Part shown: positions 44,092 to 56,717 of the stretch, one piece after another | How positions within the stretch are numbered: position 1 is the stretch's first letter | Layout: each line of letters starts with the position of its first letter | Source: Williopsis jadinii | Taxonomy: Eukaryota | NCBI GenBank assembly: GCA_024346625.1 | Contig: AP024665.1 | Coordinates: 2,170,001 to 2,234,000 of the forward strand | Length of the DNA stretch: 64,000 nucleotides | Direction: 5' to 3' | The notes under the pieces: generated by a model | The model's input: only the letters and a program-made list of their open reading frames with translations | Told to the model about the DNA's origin: nothing | Databases searched by the model: none | Made by a program: the position numbers and the translations under genes

Positions 44092-47000
44092 TTAAAGGTT
44101 TTGGAATGAACTTTGTCTACTAAGATTCAGATGAACTGAATCTCTGTGAGATACGGAGTTTCTTGGTGTTGCAAAAGACTGGCGAGAGTTGATTGGTGTC
44201 AGCTGGTTTGGAGATTGTCCATTAAGCCTTGGTGAGCTTATTGAAGTTTTCGACTCTGCAGTAGCAATCGATGATGTACTGTTCAGTCTGAATCTCTTCA
44301 TTAAGCTTGTCATGTCAACAAGCGGTTTCTCAACCACTGGTTTCTTGATTTTGAAGAGTTTAATTGCAGTACCATTCCATATCCCCAACTGGAGTATGGT
44401 CACATCAAGTTCAAATAGAGGTTCTGATTTTTCTGGTGATGGAGATTTCCAATTGAAACCCCAGCTCGAAGCAACACTCTTCAAGGAAATCGTGGAGCTT
44501 CTTTTATTGAACCATGAGGAGGAAGTTGCCTCTCTATAAGAGCTGACATTCTCGTAGAATATGATACCCCAAATAGTACTCTCATACCATCCTAAAGAAA
44601 TGCTAGACCAAGTAAATCTCAAATTGTCAAACTTGGTCTTCGGGAGAAACTCAGAAGTGGCAAATCTTGCAACTTTTCCCTCAAAGTTGTTGATATTCTC
44701 AATTTTCAGTAGAACTTCAATAATCTCAGTCTTTGGAATATCATCAAACCGTGGGATCTCTTTTCTAACGAGATTAATTGACCTCAAGATAATTAGTAAA
44801 GCTCTGTGGCCAGCCCAAGTTGTCGACAATGGCGCATCCACAGGTAGTTTCGATTTTGCTTTTAAAGACATACCGATTAATGGATTTGGCCTCAAACTCT
44901 TCTGGAACTCATCCACTTCTTCCTCATCCTTTAGTTTCTCATCTGCATCAGTAACATGTTCGCTCTGATCTAAATTATCCAGTTGTGGGGAGTTTCTATT
45001 AGATACAACACGTTCCATTGATGGTGGATCCTCCGATGAATTTGCTTCTTGTTCCTCGTTATCCAAAGTTGTAGATTGTATTGAGTTCATGAGGTTGAGT
45101 AATACTCTTTCGTGTTTGACAATCAAAAACAGTAAGGTTCTTGACTCCTTATGGCAACGACAGATTGCGTGTGCTATGGATCTAATAAGAAGGGCAAGCA
45201 AGTCCAGTCTCAAAGGATCCTTCAATGCACCAGGCTTTGACATCATGTTAATAACGTTCAAAACTGCTAGTCCAGCATGGTAGGACAAATATGTTTTCCC
45301 CTTGGTAGTTGGATCTGGTGTCTTCACCGGAATGATATTGTAAAGGAACTCATATAAGTTAGGTGATATCATGATGTCAAATTCATCCTGTACGATCATA
45401 TTTGATATTTGAATGACCAAAAAGTCTCTATATGTCAAATTCGATGGCACCGTCTGGTTGCTCAACTTGTAGAAATTTGGAATTTTGTGTGAATAGTAAT
45501 TTGTGCTGAAAGGTGCCAACAACTTCGATGTAACAGTACCATCCGATGTGAGGTATAGCATGAAGAAACACGAAATTCTGATCAAGCTGGGCCTCCAAAG
45601 TTCATTGTGTCTATAATATTTGATGTAGTATAACAAAGTCACCATCAATTCGTGTGCTTTTTTAGAGTAAACAAAAGCCTTGAAATGTTTGTTACATTGA
45701 ATGAGATCCCATAGCAACGCTACAAGTTCAGTGGACCATGAGGACAATGCTGGGAATGAATTGTTTTGAGTTCCGTGGACGGCTGTTGAGGTTGGAGAAG
45801 TAACAAAATTGGTTTTGATAACATTGAAAGGATTTGTCTCTTTTTCAACTGCCTCTTCAATGGGTCTTGTTAGCAGTGACATAATGGATGTGTAAATCAT
45901 AGTCAACTCAGACTCTTTATGAAGTCTTCCCAAGTAAAGCCGAACCATGTTGTGAGGCCGTTCATCTGTAGGAAGCATGTTTAGCTTGTGCAAAAATGAA
46001 AGGTCATTAGGAGGCAATGGATAGACCAACATCACGGTTAACAATTGTAGAGTGTATGTGACAAAAGTTCTTCTCAGTACGAAGAAATTCGTTGAAGAAT
46101 AATTCGAGTTTGAAGCTGTTGCATAGCTCAATCCGTTGTTCTGATCGTCCGTTTTGCATGAACGGCATACAACGTTCAATAGCGAACAAATGAATGTCAA
46201 TGCCTTCATCCTTGGAAGCGTGGTGACGAGCGTTGTCATAAACCTGGATCCTCCTGAAACTGCATTTTTAGGAGTGCAGTATAGCGTTTGTGAGGTCAAG
46301 GCCAATAGCAATCTGAGAATTTCCAATCTATTGGAATCCAATTGGGGTGACGTTTTTTCGTATTTGGCATTGTAGCCAATTCCAGCCTCCCATATCTTAT
46401 ATTCTGAGCCTCTTACTCCATTTCTTTCCAATGTGAACTCACGAGTAAACAGTAGGTCAACCAACGTTGTAATCAAAGTATGGCCTAATGGCAACGTCGC
46501 AGTGCCTTGTCCCACGTTCGCCCTTGTGGAGCTTGGGGATGCATTCAGTCGCTGTCCAATGTTGGCCTTCACACTGGAGCTCTCCAACGACACGTTCCTC
46601 GACTCTGACGAAGAGAAAGAGCCAACTGTCGCAGATGTAGTTGTCCCGGTAAACGGAGACTCGTCGCTCGGGGCATTCAACCCAACGCTCCAAAAGAGGT
46701 TATTCACGTCCTTTTCCCACAACGACCCCATTTCAAACAGAAATGGCACAATCCGTGTCAACACCCGCACACAGTTCAACAGCTCCTTCTTACTCTTTTC
46801 ATCCTCCGCAAACGTCTTCGACCTGGATATGGACACCAACTTGAACGTCACGATCCGTATCCAGTTTAGGAAATTCGCCTTGTTGCTATCCCTGATCTCC
46901 TTTATGTCTGAGTACGTCAAGATGGCAAACACCTCTTCCGCGCTTGTGGGTACCTCCCAAAACATCCGCCAGTATGGGTCCTGCGATCCTATTTCGAGTT

Positions 47001-47094
47001 TGATATCATCAACACCCTCTTCTTCTGAGTAAGCCACTCCCGCAAGACGGAACAGTCTATTCTTATACGCGAGCTTCGACTCTGCGTTACCCAT
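44092..47094 (-). CDS. ECM30: HID1-family protein Ecm30
   Basis: MGN myristoylation-type start, LNCVRVLTRIVPFLFE, IWEAGIG, SNRLEILRLLL and WNGTAIKLF; adjacent to DIF1-CAR2 as in S. cerevisiae. Confidence 0.9.
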   Translation of the reverse strand: MGNAESKLAYKNRLFRLAGVAYSEEEGVDDIKLEIGSQDPYWRMFWEVPTSAEEVFAILTYSDIKEIRDSNKANFLNWIRIVTFKLVSISRSKTFAEDEKSKKELLNCVRVLTRIVPFLFEMGSLWEKDVNNLFWSVGLNAPSDESPFTGTTTSATVGSFSSSESRNVSLESSSVKANIGQRLNASPSSTRANVGQGTATLPLGHTLITTLVDLLFTREFTLERNGVRGSEYKIWEAGIGYNAKYEKTSPQLDSNRLEILRLLLALTSQTLYCTPKNAVSGGSRFMTTLVTTLPRMKALTFICSLLNVVCRSCKTDDQNNGLSYATASNSNYSSTNFFVLRRTFVTYTLQLLTVMLVYPLPPNDLSFLHKLNMLPTDERPHNMVRLYLGRLHKESELTMIYTSIMSLLTRPIEEAVEKETNPFNVIKTNFVTSPTSTAVHGTQNNSFPALSSWSTELVALLWDLIQCNKHFKAFVYSKKAHELMVTLLYYIKYYRHNELWRPSLIRISCFFMLYLTSDGTVTSKLLAPFSTNYYSHKIPNFYKLSNQTVPSNLTYRDFLVIQISNMIVQDEFDIMISPNLYEFLYNIIPVKTPDPTTKGKTYLSYHAGLAVLNVINMMSKPGALKDPLRLDLLALLIRSIAHAICRCHKESRTLLFLIVKHERVLLNLMNSIQSTTLDNEEQEANSSEDPPSMERVVSNRNSPQLDNLDQSEHVTDADEKLKDEEEVDEFQKSLRPNPLIGMSLKAKSKLPVDAPLSTTWAGHRALLIILRSINLVRKEIPRFDDIPKTEIIEVLLKIENINNFEGKVARFATSEFLPKTKFDNLRFTWSSISLGWYESTIWGIIFYENVSSYREATSSSWFNKRSSTISLKSVASSWGFNWKSPSPEKSEPLFELDVTILQLGIWNGTAIKLFKIKKPVVEKPLVDMTSLMKRFRLNSTSSIATAESKTSISSPRLNGQSPNQLTPINSRQSFATPRNSVSHRDSVHLNLSRQSSFQNL

Positions 47095-47827
47095 CCTGTC
47101 TCACGTTGTATCTAGCGCTCTATCCGCGTTGTGTATGCTCTGTTAAACGAAAGGAAACGAATGGCTGGTCTTTCTCTCTCTCTCTCTTCTCCCTGGTGAG
47201 ACACAAAGAGACAAGCTTGTAAAATGCAGCGAAGATGGTAGGGCGCTTGGTTTCCAAAGAGAAGCTATGAATACCGCAACTGACGTTCTCTGTGCCTGGT
47301 GCTAACCGCCGTGGATACCTGTTGAGTTGAGTCTAACCGCCGCGTACACTGGGAAGAGGGTATGTTCTCAATGGATTTCTACCTTCCTGCGATTAATTCT
47401 CGCAGTTATCGTTGTTGCGGTCGCTCCAGCTGTGTCTCGGTTTTTTCTGTTGGCGCTGCTCCTTCTCCGCCTCTGAGGCTGTTTGGCTGTGAGTGCAGAA
47501 GCGTGTGGGCTTTTTCTTTGGTTTTTGTGTGCGTTACCAAGGAAGCAGCCCACCGAGCTGCGCTGCCCGCGGGAAAATCAAGATTGTTAAGCGTAGGGGG
47601 GAAGCTTCTGTGCGTAGCGGTGCGGTTCATATTGAAGTGTCTACAGCGATGTTCAAACATTCAGGTATCGAATTACAAGTATTGAGAGTCGGTTCTTCTT
47701 GTAGACTAACTGCTCTGGTGGACTTGTATATAGTAATAAAAAAAATGAAAAAATAATGACTAAAATGTGTGGGCCTGGTACTGTGCCCCTTTGCTCGCCA
47801 GGGGGGAGCCCAGAGTGGCGGAGACAA

Positions 47828-48217
47828 TCACCAGTCGCTATCCACGGAGTCAAATCTTCTTTTGCTTAGACTCTCCTTGTTGTTCATCAGTATGTTGTCG
47901 ATGGTCTTGAGCCTGTTATCCAGGTTGTTTTCCCACTCTTGGAAACTTGATCCGAAGGCGGATGATGTGGCATTGCTCAACATTGGTGGGACAACAACGT
48001 TTCCTGGGAGAGGAACACGCTCAATATTGACAGTGTTTGGATACTCCGACTCTTGGGTGTTGCGACTGGCACTGTACATGTTGTCACCAACTTGGTACCC
48101 TTCACTAACCGCTTTACGTATTCTCATCCCTATTGTCTGAAGAGCATGCTGGTTGTTGTATTGCTCTGCTGATGCGTCGTTGATGTTGTAGTTCAGTTGT
48201 CTCTTCACTTGTGACAT
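47828..48217 (-). CDS. DIF1: Ribonucleotide-reductase regulator of the Dif1/Sml1/Spd1 family
   Basis: Hug domain LQTIGMRIRKAVSEGY, PPMLSN and SSFQEWENNLD. An MCB ACGCGT lies at 48384-48389 upstream. Confidence 0.85.
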   Translation of the reverse strand: MSQVKRQLNYNINDASAEQYNNQHALQTIGMRIRKAVSEGYQVGDNMYSASRNTQESEYPNTVNIERVPLPGNVVVPPMLSNATSSAFGSSFQEWENNLDNRLKTIDNILMNNKESLSKRRFDSVDSDW

Positions 48218-48736
48218 TGCTAATGGTGGTCTTCAATTTGCGATCGAACGTTGGACACTGGGTGTTGATATTTATCCGTCTTGATCTGTTATAAATCTGA
48301 AGTTTTTTGTTGCTTTATTGGTCACCCAGGTGATGTCTGTTTTTTTTTTTTTTTTTTCAAATCTGTTGATGGTAAGAACACGCACGCGTGATTGCGTACG
48401 GTTACCGCATTCAGTAAATTTTACAAAAAGTATCCAAAAAGGGAACTTTTCCGCATATTCTATCCTACCGACTCAAAACAAAGCCGGGTAACACAGCTCA
48501 TCCCTCTCTCCCCGGAAACAGTGTTGGCCCTTAACCAAATTTCTCCCAATCTCGCTCCGTTTATCACTTAACTGCAATCTGCAGCAATTTCAACCATTTC
48601 TGACCTACTTACTTCCTCTATGCACTGGTAATAGCGAACGAGACAAAACTATTTAAACCCACGTTGTCCACCCTGAATATTCCAAGCCAGAGACGTGTGT
48701 ATACATAAGCAACCGACTATAAAGACGCTAGCAACA

Positions 48737-50035
48737 ATGGTCAACTTTAACATCTCTTCAAAGGAGGCTCAAACGCTCGAGGAGGAATACTCTGCTCATA
48801 ACTATCACCCATTGCCAGTGGTGTTCCACAAGGCTCAGGGTGCACACGTTTGGGACCCAGAAGGCAAAGAGTACTTGGATTTCCTCTCTGCTTACTCCGC
48901 TGTCAACCAAGGTCACTGTCATCCAAAGATCATTGGTGCTTTGATCGAACAAGCCCAGACTTTGACTTTGTCTTCAAGAGCATTTTCCTCTGACGTGTTT
49001 GGAGTCTTTGCCAAATACATCACCGAATTCTTCAACTATGAAATGGTTTTGCCAATGAACACCGGTGCAGAGGCTGTTGAAACTGGTCTCAAACTCGCTA
49101 GAAGATGGGGTTACGTGAAAAAGGGCATTCCAGCCGATGAGGCTATCATCCTTGCTGCTGAGAATAACTTCCACGGAAGAACACTCGGTGTCATTTCAAT
49201 GTCCACTGATCCAGATGCCACCACCAAGTTTGGTCCATTCTTGAAGAATGTCGGTCCAAGCATTCCAGGTGCCGAGGGTAAGGTGTTGCGTTACGGTCAC
49301 ATTGAAGACATTGAGCTCGCTTTGAACAACGCTGGTGACAAAGTTGCCGCCATCTTGTTGGAACCAATCCAAGGTGAGGCTGGTATCGTTGTTCCCCCAG
49401 CAGATTACTTGACAAAGGTTTCAGAGTTGTGTAAGAAGCACAATGTCTTGTTGATCTGTGATGAAATTCAAACTGGTATTGCCAGAACCGGTAAGCTGTT
49501 GTGCTACGAACACTCACCAAATGTCAAGCCAGATATCGTTCTCTTGGGTAAGGCCATCTCCGGTGGTGTCTTGCCTGTCTCCGCTGTGCTCTCCTCCAAG
49601 GAGATCATGCTCACCTTGGAGCCAGGTTCTCACGGTTCCACCTACGGTGGTAACCCATTGTCCTCTCGTGTTGCCATCGCTGCTCTTGAGGTTGTGAGAG
49701 AGGAGAACCTCGTTGAGAGATCCGCCGAATTGGGTGAGTTCTTGAAGCAAGAGTTGCTGAAGCTACAGCAAGAGTCCAACGGCATCATCTCCGAGGTGCG
49801 CGGTAAAGGTCTGTTGTCTGCCATCGTCATCGACTCCTCAAAGGCCAATGGCAGAAGCGCTTGGGACTTGTGTCTCCTCATGAAGGACCAAGGTGTCTTG
49901 GCCAAACCAACACACGATCACATCATCAGATTGGCCCCACCATTAGTGATCTCCAAGGAGGACTTGTTGAAGGGTGTCGATGCCATCAGAAAGTCTTTGA
50001 AGCTGTTGCCAACTGTCGAGAAGACTGAACATTAA
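48737..50035 (+). CDS. CAR2: Ornithine aminotransferase
   Basis: [40 protein letters not shown] and LGKAISGG (PLP Lys). A Reb1 site CCGGGTAA lies at 48484. Confidence 0.97.
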   Translation: MVNFNISSKEAQTLEEEYSAHNYHPLPVVFHKAQGAHVWDPEGKEYLDFLSAYSAVNQGHCHPKIIGALIEQAQTLTLSSRAFSSDVFGVFAKYITEFFNYEMVLPMNTGAEAVETGLKLARRWGYVKKGIPADEAIILAAENNFHGRTLGVISMSTDPDATTKFGPFLKNVGPSIPGAEGKVLRYGHIEDIELALNNAGDKVAAILLEPIQGEAGIVVPPADYLTKVSELCKKHNVLLICDEIQTGIARTGKLLCYEHSPNVKPDIVLLGKAISGGVLPVSAVLSSKEIMLTLEPGSHGSTYGGNPLSSRVAIAALEVVREENLVERSAELGEFLKQELLKLQQESNGIISEVRGKGLLSAIVIDSSKANGRSAWDLCLLMKDQGVLAKPTHDHIIRLAPPLVISKEDLLKGVDAIRKSLKLLPTVEKTEH

Positions 50036-51469
50036 GTATTGGAGTTGTCTGTATATAGTTGCTGATTCAATTACAAAGTGTGAAGAGTGCAGTAGGTAAA
50101 AAAATGTGTGTATTCTTGGTTATTTTAATATTCTCTTCCTCGATGTACGTTTGCGAAGTTTGAAGCAGATTTTAGCGTTCTGCCGTTGCATTGGCGGCGT
50201 AAGTTGACGTTGCGCGCTTGCCGCTTGATCTGGATCAACGGGATTAACCACACCACCCGGCATTGCACTGTGGTACGTAAGCACTTTTGGTGGGTTCACT
50301 CCAGCACTTGAGCTATGAGGAATACGTGGATGGAATGAGATTTTTCATCCATGTTGGGCAATGATATCCGTCTTGTTGTCGTGGAGTCCAAAGCTCCAGT
50401 TTGAAGCGATCTTCCGAGCATGAGAAGGTATGGATGCGTAGTTGCAGGCCACGAGGAAGGGTGCGTAGTCATCGCATGAATTGATCGAAACAGCCAGAGC
50501 TGGTGGATTGTCTGCTATGGCATACCCTCTTTGTTCCAACAGAGTCCCAATATCCGTACGCTTGGTGGTCAATCCGGCTTCTTTGGCTCAGCTCGAGAAC
50601 ACCGACACAACATTAGAGTTCATGTTTTGGACCTTGAAGTTGTACGATACAGCTGTATGTCGAAGAAACAAAGGGGTGGCAGAACAATCAAAGCGGTGGG
50701 CTACGGGACCATCCTGACACAACCGTGGTACCAATGCTGGAGGCCTGTCTGTGCTGATAACGGTAATATACAAAGCTCGCCGGTTCAGCGTCCAAGTGTT
50801 GGGAACAACGCCCATCAATTAGGTTGTAAGCTTACAGCGAGCACTCAAATCTGCCCTCCGAGCCCTCCGGCCCTCTCTTCAACAAACTCGCGCTGCACTT
50901 CGTCGTCAGTGGTGCCAATCACCCAACGTGGAGGTATCAAGAGGTGCTCCAGCCCACAAAGCGACATCAAAGACAACAACCCTGCCGGCCTACGTCCTAC
51001 ACACCCTGGTGATCGCAGACATTGTACAAGGTGCCACGCAATAACCTACAGGCACCGCACATGACGATGGCCTTGGTTGTGCAACCAGTGACTTCCACGG
51101 TCCACGCAGCAACATGAACCACACCACCCAGAATCGATGCGCGCAACAACAGTTGTTCCGGTTCACTCAGCCCCACAGCGAGTCGCTGGCAGAACACGAG
51201 CCTGAGGGCGGAAAGAGGGTAGAGGAAAGCGCAAGGACAGGGGACAACCTGGCCCAATTGATGTCATATAAACCCTCTCGATCAATTGAGCACACTCATC
51301 CGCCAATTGACCCCTGTTCGCAGCTCCACGCCCCATGTTCCTCGTCCCTGGTGTAGCTTCTCCCCTAAATTCCAGCGCTTGGTTCCGCCCTCCCTGTCTC
51401 CCGGGTTTAACGAACGTGTGTACCATCTGATGGTAATCCGCTCCCGTCCGCGCAACACAACTCACAAGC

Positions 51470-51690
51470 AGATCACACCTCTACACGCCGCTGCTGATGC
51501 GCCCAATTTAATTTTTTTTTCTCTCAATGTAGGGGAGAAGCCTTGGGAGCTCCCGACTCCCAGTTGGGCACAGCTGCCACCTCATGACTTTTCCTGTGTG
51601 TGCCTGTCTGACGTTACGTGTGATGTAGTGGCCCCCGTCCGGTGTGTTTTCGCCTGTTGCGCTGTGCCCCCCTTAAAAGTATAAAAGGAA
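51470..51690 (+). promoter_or_regulatory. GAPDH promoter core
   Basis: TATAAAA at about 51680 followed by GGAAG, a poly(T) tract at about 51512 and a Rap1-like ACACCTCTACAC at about 51475. Confidence 0.55.
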
Positions 51691-51719
51691 GTGCAATTGC
51701 TGTTTGTGTTGATTGTTGA

Positions 51720-52808
<1,089 letters not shown>

Positions 52809-54514
52809 ATTGTATGACTTTTATTTATGGGATTACGTTATAAATTATGATCCTCATGGATTATCTTATTAAGTCTCCATCTTGTAGCTTGTAATATGAT
52901 GAACACTCGTGAGTTTTCCAGGTAATTCACCGTGCCTCGTCCATGCACTTTTATCAGCCTCGACGTCATACATTGCATTGTGAGTAACTGGTAAACGGCT
53001 TTTTACGTTCTGTTGTATATGGCTAAACGCTTCTATGGCACGGCGCTATTAACCTGTCTGACATTTCAACCTGGTGTTGATGGCTTAAACGATAATACGG
53101 TGAGATATATAGCTAACAGAATGGGGGTGACGCACTGATTCCACTGTATATATAGGCGATATGTGTTGTTGGATGGACGTTTCTTTGTCTCCTGATCCAC
53201 AATAGTAGCTCAGCTCCGTGCCAACTGGTTCGCTGGTACGATAGTGAGGGATGAATGAAACCTTTTCGTTTTCTTCTGCGCTTCCACGGAACTGTGTAGA
53301 TTTCTCTCGTGAATAGCGAGTTAAGCCACGAGTGGGGTCTGCAATTGAAGGTGTGATACCAGAGTCAAAAGTTTGGATGTGATGGAAACTTCAAAGGCTT
53401 CTCGGTGGTATATCAAACGATTCACAGAGGTAGAAGCGGATCTTGAAGGCCAGAATATGCATTAAAACCAGCGTATATCAGTTTTCTTTCCCAGAGAGGA
53501 CTTTTGCATTATTCTTCAGCTTTATCCCTGGATTTTGGGAGATGAAACATTGACAAAGCTGGTTCGTGATCCTAAATACTTGCCTACTGACTCCTGAGGT
53601 ATTACACGTTGAGTGTGAAAAGTGGCTAACTACAGCGCTATGGGCAGTTTGACAATACAACTGCACATACAAGTAATATAAACAGGTGGAAACATTACTG
53701 GGAGAGCATTGTGATTATTTATGAGTGTGGGAACAATTTTGAATACCAATTACTGGTCTGTGTATTTAATTGGCATGATTATCCTTTACATTAATTTATG
53801 TGATAAATAATCGACATAATCAAAATTCTTAATTTCATGGACACTTCTCTTTAGAAAAAGAAAACAAAACCCATATACTTCTATCCAATTTTGACTAAAC
53901 TATAGGAATAATACTATTAAAACAGTGGTTATTATCAATATCAGATAACAAGCACTAAATATCGAGAAGAAACCCCTCTGAGAAGTCGAGACACTCACAA
54001 CTTACCTCGGGTAATTATGCACCGTACATAGAAACATCCAAACACCAGTAAAAGCAGGCCTTCTGCTATAAGTACCATGTATTGATCGCCGTGTGTTAGA
54101 GAAAACGGTTAAAGGACTAGCAAACAAAGGACTACATCATCGCACCATTCTCCCTCTCAATTGGTTCATCTTCCAAGACAATTCTGTAAAACCAACTTGG
54201 AACAGTCGTCTTACTGAGAAACTCGTGGCTAAATAGTGATAGGAACCACACAACGCAGGAACATATATCACTGATGCAACAAACTTGAAACGGATTCGGT
54301 ATGAACGCACAGAGGTTTCAGAGATGCAACGAGTCTCGTACATTTACACTGCAAAAGGGACGTACCATGGTGTTTTATCAGAAGATTCGAGAAGGACACA
54401 GAAGAGCCGTAAATGTATATAAGCAGGTGTATATGATCCATCCCTTCTATGGAGAGACGTAAAAGCCGAACCTTTGTAAAACTCAGTATCCAAAGAAGCC
54501 ACTCTATGTTCACA

Positions 54515-55318
54515 ATGTTTATCATCAAAACAATATGGTCATTGATGAAGAAGATGCCTAGAGTCATCTCACTAGTCCTGTTGTTCATCAACATCTTTCT
54601 GCTGGCGTTTTTGCTGCTGGGCTGCACAAACATTGGGGATATATACTCATCGACGTATCTCATCGAATACACCTTTAACGAATCATCACCAATCTATCCA
54701 TTGATTCGGGACTCGTATGCTTCTAAGAATCTTTCTGGGTATGAAACCTTGTCAGTCCGTGCCTCTTACCTGTCCCTCTGTATATATATTGAGGGGTACG
54801 ACATGCAATGTACATCACGGTCAGATCTAGACACCTTTGCAAGAACAACAGCAGTGGAGATTTACCAAGTCAATTCAAATGCCAGTGCAGTATCACTCGA
54901 TATAGTCGAGCTGGCATCCACTTTTTCCAATGACATTGTCCACCCATATATTCTCATTGTTAGTGTGATATTCACCATTATTCTGTTCCTCATGTTGTTC
55001 TATATCGTTATCCCAGAGCTACCCGGTAAAACAATGCTAACGAGAGTTGTCCTGTTACTATCTTGCATAGTGACATTGCTTTGGTCCATTGGCTCAATCT
55101 GGGCACACGTTGCAGTTGATGCCGGCAAGAACTTAACTCAAGAAGCCAGTATGGGGATCATCAAAGCTGAGGTCGGGAGCAAGGCAGAGTCGATGACATG
55201 GGTCCCATTTTCATTTAACCTTGTTGTGGCTGTTACCTTGTTCTATCTATACTTCAGGGATTTGAAGCAGAACCAAAAAGAGAATAGCAGCCAACTCAAC
55301 GTTGACTATAAAGTCTAG
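54515..55318 (+). CDS. FIG1: Pheromone-induced claudin-like membrane protein Fig1
   Basis: MPRVISL...FLLLGC, STYLIEYTFNESSPIY, RASYLSLC, IVHPYILI and ASMGIIKAEVGSKAESMTW. The start could be 54449, 54506 or 54515. Confidence 0.9.
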   Translation: MFIIKTIWSLMKKMPRVISLVLLFINIFLLAFLLLGCTNIGDIYSSTYLIEYTFNESSPIYPLIRDSYASKNLSGYETLSVRASYLSLCIYIEGYDMQCTSRSDLDTFARTTAVEIYQVNSNASAVSLDIVELASTFSNDIVHPYILIVSVIFTIILFLMLFYIVIPELPGKTMLTRVVLLLSCIVTLLWSIGSIWAHVAVDAGKNLTQEASMGIIKAEVGSKAESMTWVPFSFNLVVAVTLFYLYFRDLKQNQKENSSQLNVDYKV

Positions 55319-55328
55319 CACCGCCAAT

Positions 55329-56462
55329 TCATATCCTTCTCAAGACCCAAGATGTGATCTGTTCACAAGTTCTTGACGGAAGATCACCAATCTTCATAGG
55401 ACTATAGTCACCGGCAATTGCAAATCCGTGTGGTGTATCATTGTGAAACTTGAGCTGGACAAATTTAAAGGCCTTTTTATCCTTTTTTGAAGCCAAATCC
55501 TTTTCAAACTTCTCCAAATCGTGTAAAGAATAGAACGAATCCTCTCTTCCCACTATGAAGAGTGTGGGAATCTTGATCGTCTCACATACTTCTTGAGGCA
55601 TGAAGATTGGATGCACTATTGCCGTAGCCTTTATCCGTGGGTCTTCAGACTCGATTGCGATCCTTGCAACAGCGTTTGCCCCGTACGAGAACCCGATGAG
55701 GATCGCATTCTGGGTCTTGAGCGTTGTAAGTAGCTCATCAATACAACCTTGTAGCTTGAGCCAGTTTGAAGTCGTTTGGAACTTCCTGTCGTTATAAGCA
55801 CCAAACACGTTATGGCACTGGAGCCAGTAGTTCAGCTTGACGTTCACCGCCACTCCCACAGTCAAGCTCTTGACCTTTGAGATGAACGAGCTATCATGGG
55901 CGTCTTCCGCTGGCGTCTCCAAGTTCAAGGGGTCTTCGAAGTAGATATCCACAACCGCCGTGACACACCCTGTTCTTATGGCATACGCGTCAGCCAACTT
56001 CTTGTTGTTGACGCTGAGCCCCTTGGAGTTGGGCAGGATCACCACCATGCTGTTCTCCTTGGTCTTCAGCTCGTACTCCACCCTTCCATACGTGTCAATC
56101 TCCACGGAGTTCGACGGATACGTCAGATAGACGTTGCACTTGGAGCTCTTCAGCCTGAACTCGTATCCTCTTGGTCTCGGCGACGGCACCTCTTTGAACA
56201 TCTGCGTCGAGGAGCCATTCACGGGCGTATCATCGCCAAACACAGACCCCCGTCTCGCTGCGCTGGGGTCCAGCATGTCGTCAAACGAGCTGTCGTCTTC
56301 ATCGTCTCGACCCTCCCCGTCATACTGCCCGTGTCCCACGGCGTCCACCCGCAGCGAGATGTCTCCCTCAACATCGTCGATGTTCTGGAACGACGAGTCA
56401 AACTCCCTGAACATCCGTGGATACGCCGATTGAGGCACTTCGAGGTCTTTGTCTGGCTCCAT
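55329..56462 (-). CDS. Dienelactone hydrolase family alpha/beta-hydrolase (Aim2-like) with an acidic N-terminal extension
   Basis: NKKLADAYA, VDIYFED, nucleophile elbow GFSYG, HP, PTLFIVGRED and HGFA. Confidence 0.8.
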   Translation of the reverse strand: MEPDKDLEVPQSAYPRMFREFDSSFQNIDDVEGDISLRVDAVGHGQYDGEGRDDEDDSSFDDMLDPSAARRGSVFGDDTPVNGSSTQMFKEVPSPRPRGYEFRLKSSKCNVYLTYPSNSVEIDTYGRVEYELKTKENSMVVILPNSKGLSVNNKKLADAYAIRTGCVTAVVDIYFEDPLNLETPAEDAHDSSFISKVKSLTVGVAVNVKLNYWLQCHNVFGAYNDRKFQTTSNWLKLQGCIDELLTTLKTQNAILIGFSYGANAVARIAIESEDPRIKATAIVHPIFMPQEVCETIKIPTLFIVGREDSFYSLHDLEKFEKDLASKKDKKAFKFVQLKFHNDTPHGFAIAGDYSPMKIGDLPSRTCEQITSWVLRRI

Positions 56463-56717
56463 GGTTGCCCTTTTCGCTGTGATCGCCTTCTGCTTACGCT
56501 GGTCGCTGTGCCTTGTGTGCCGATCAATTGGTCGTCCGTGGGGGTTTGTTAAGGAGAGCGCCTTTTGCGTGCTGCCGCTGCTGCTGTTTTGTGTGTTTTT
56601 CAACTGTTTTTCAACTGTTTCTGGCTACATTTCCTCCTGAAGCAACACACACAGTTGAAGACAGGCTTCTGGTAACAAGAGACGGCTCTGTTACAACAGC
56701 AGGAGACAGTAGAGCAG

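Noticed and set aside
47470..47560. SRP-RNA-like words (AGGCTGT..TGGCT, AAGGAAGCAGC)
   Set aside because: Lacks the UGUNR Alu motif and the 5' half of helix 8; probably chance matches in the ECM30-DIF1 interval.
53998..54012. ACTTACCT resembling the U1 snRNA 5' end
   Set aside because: Not ATACTTACCT, and no recognisable U1 stem-loops or Sm site follow.
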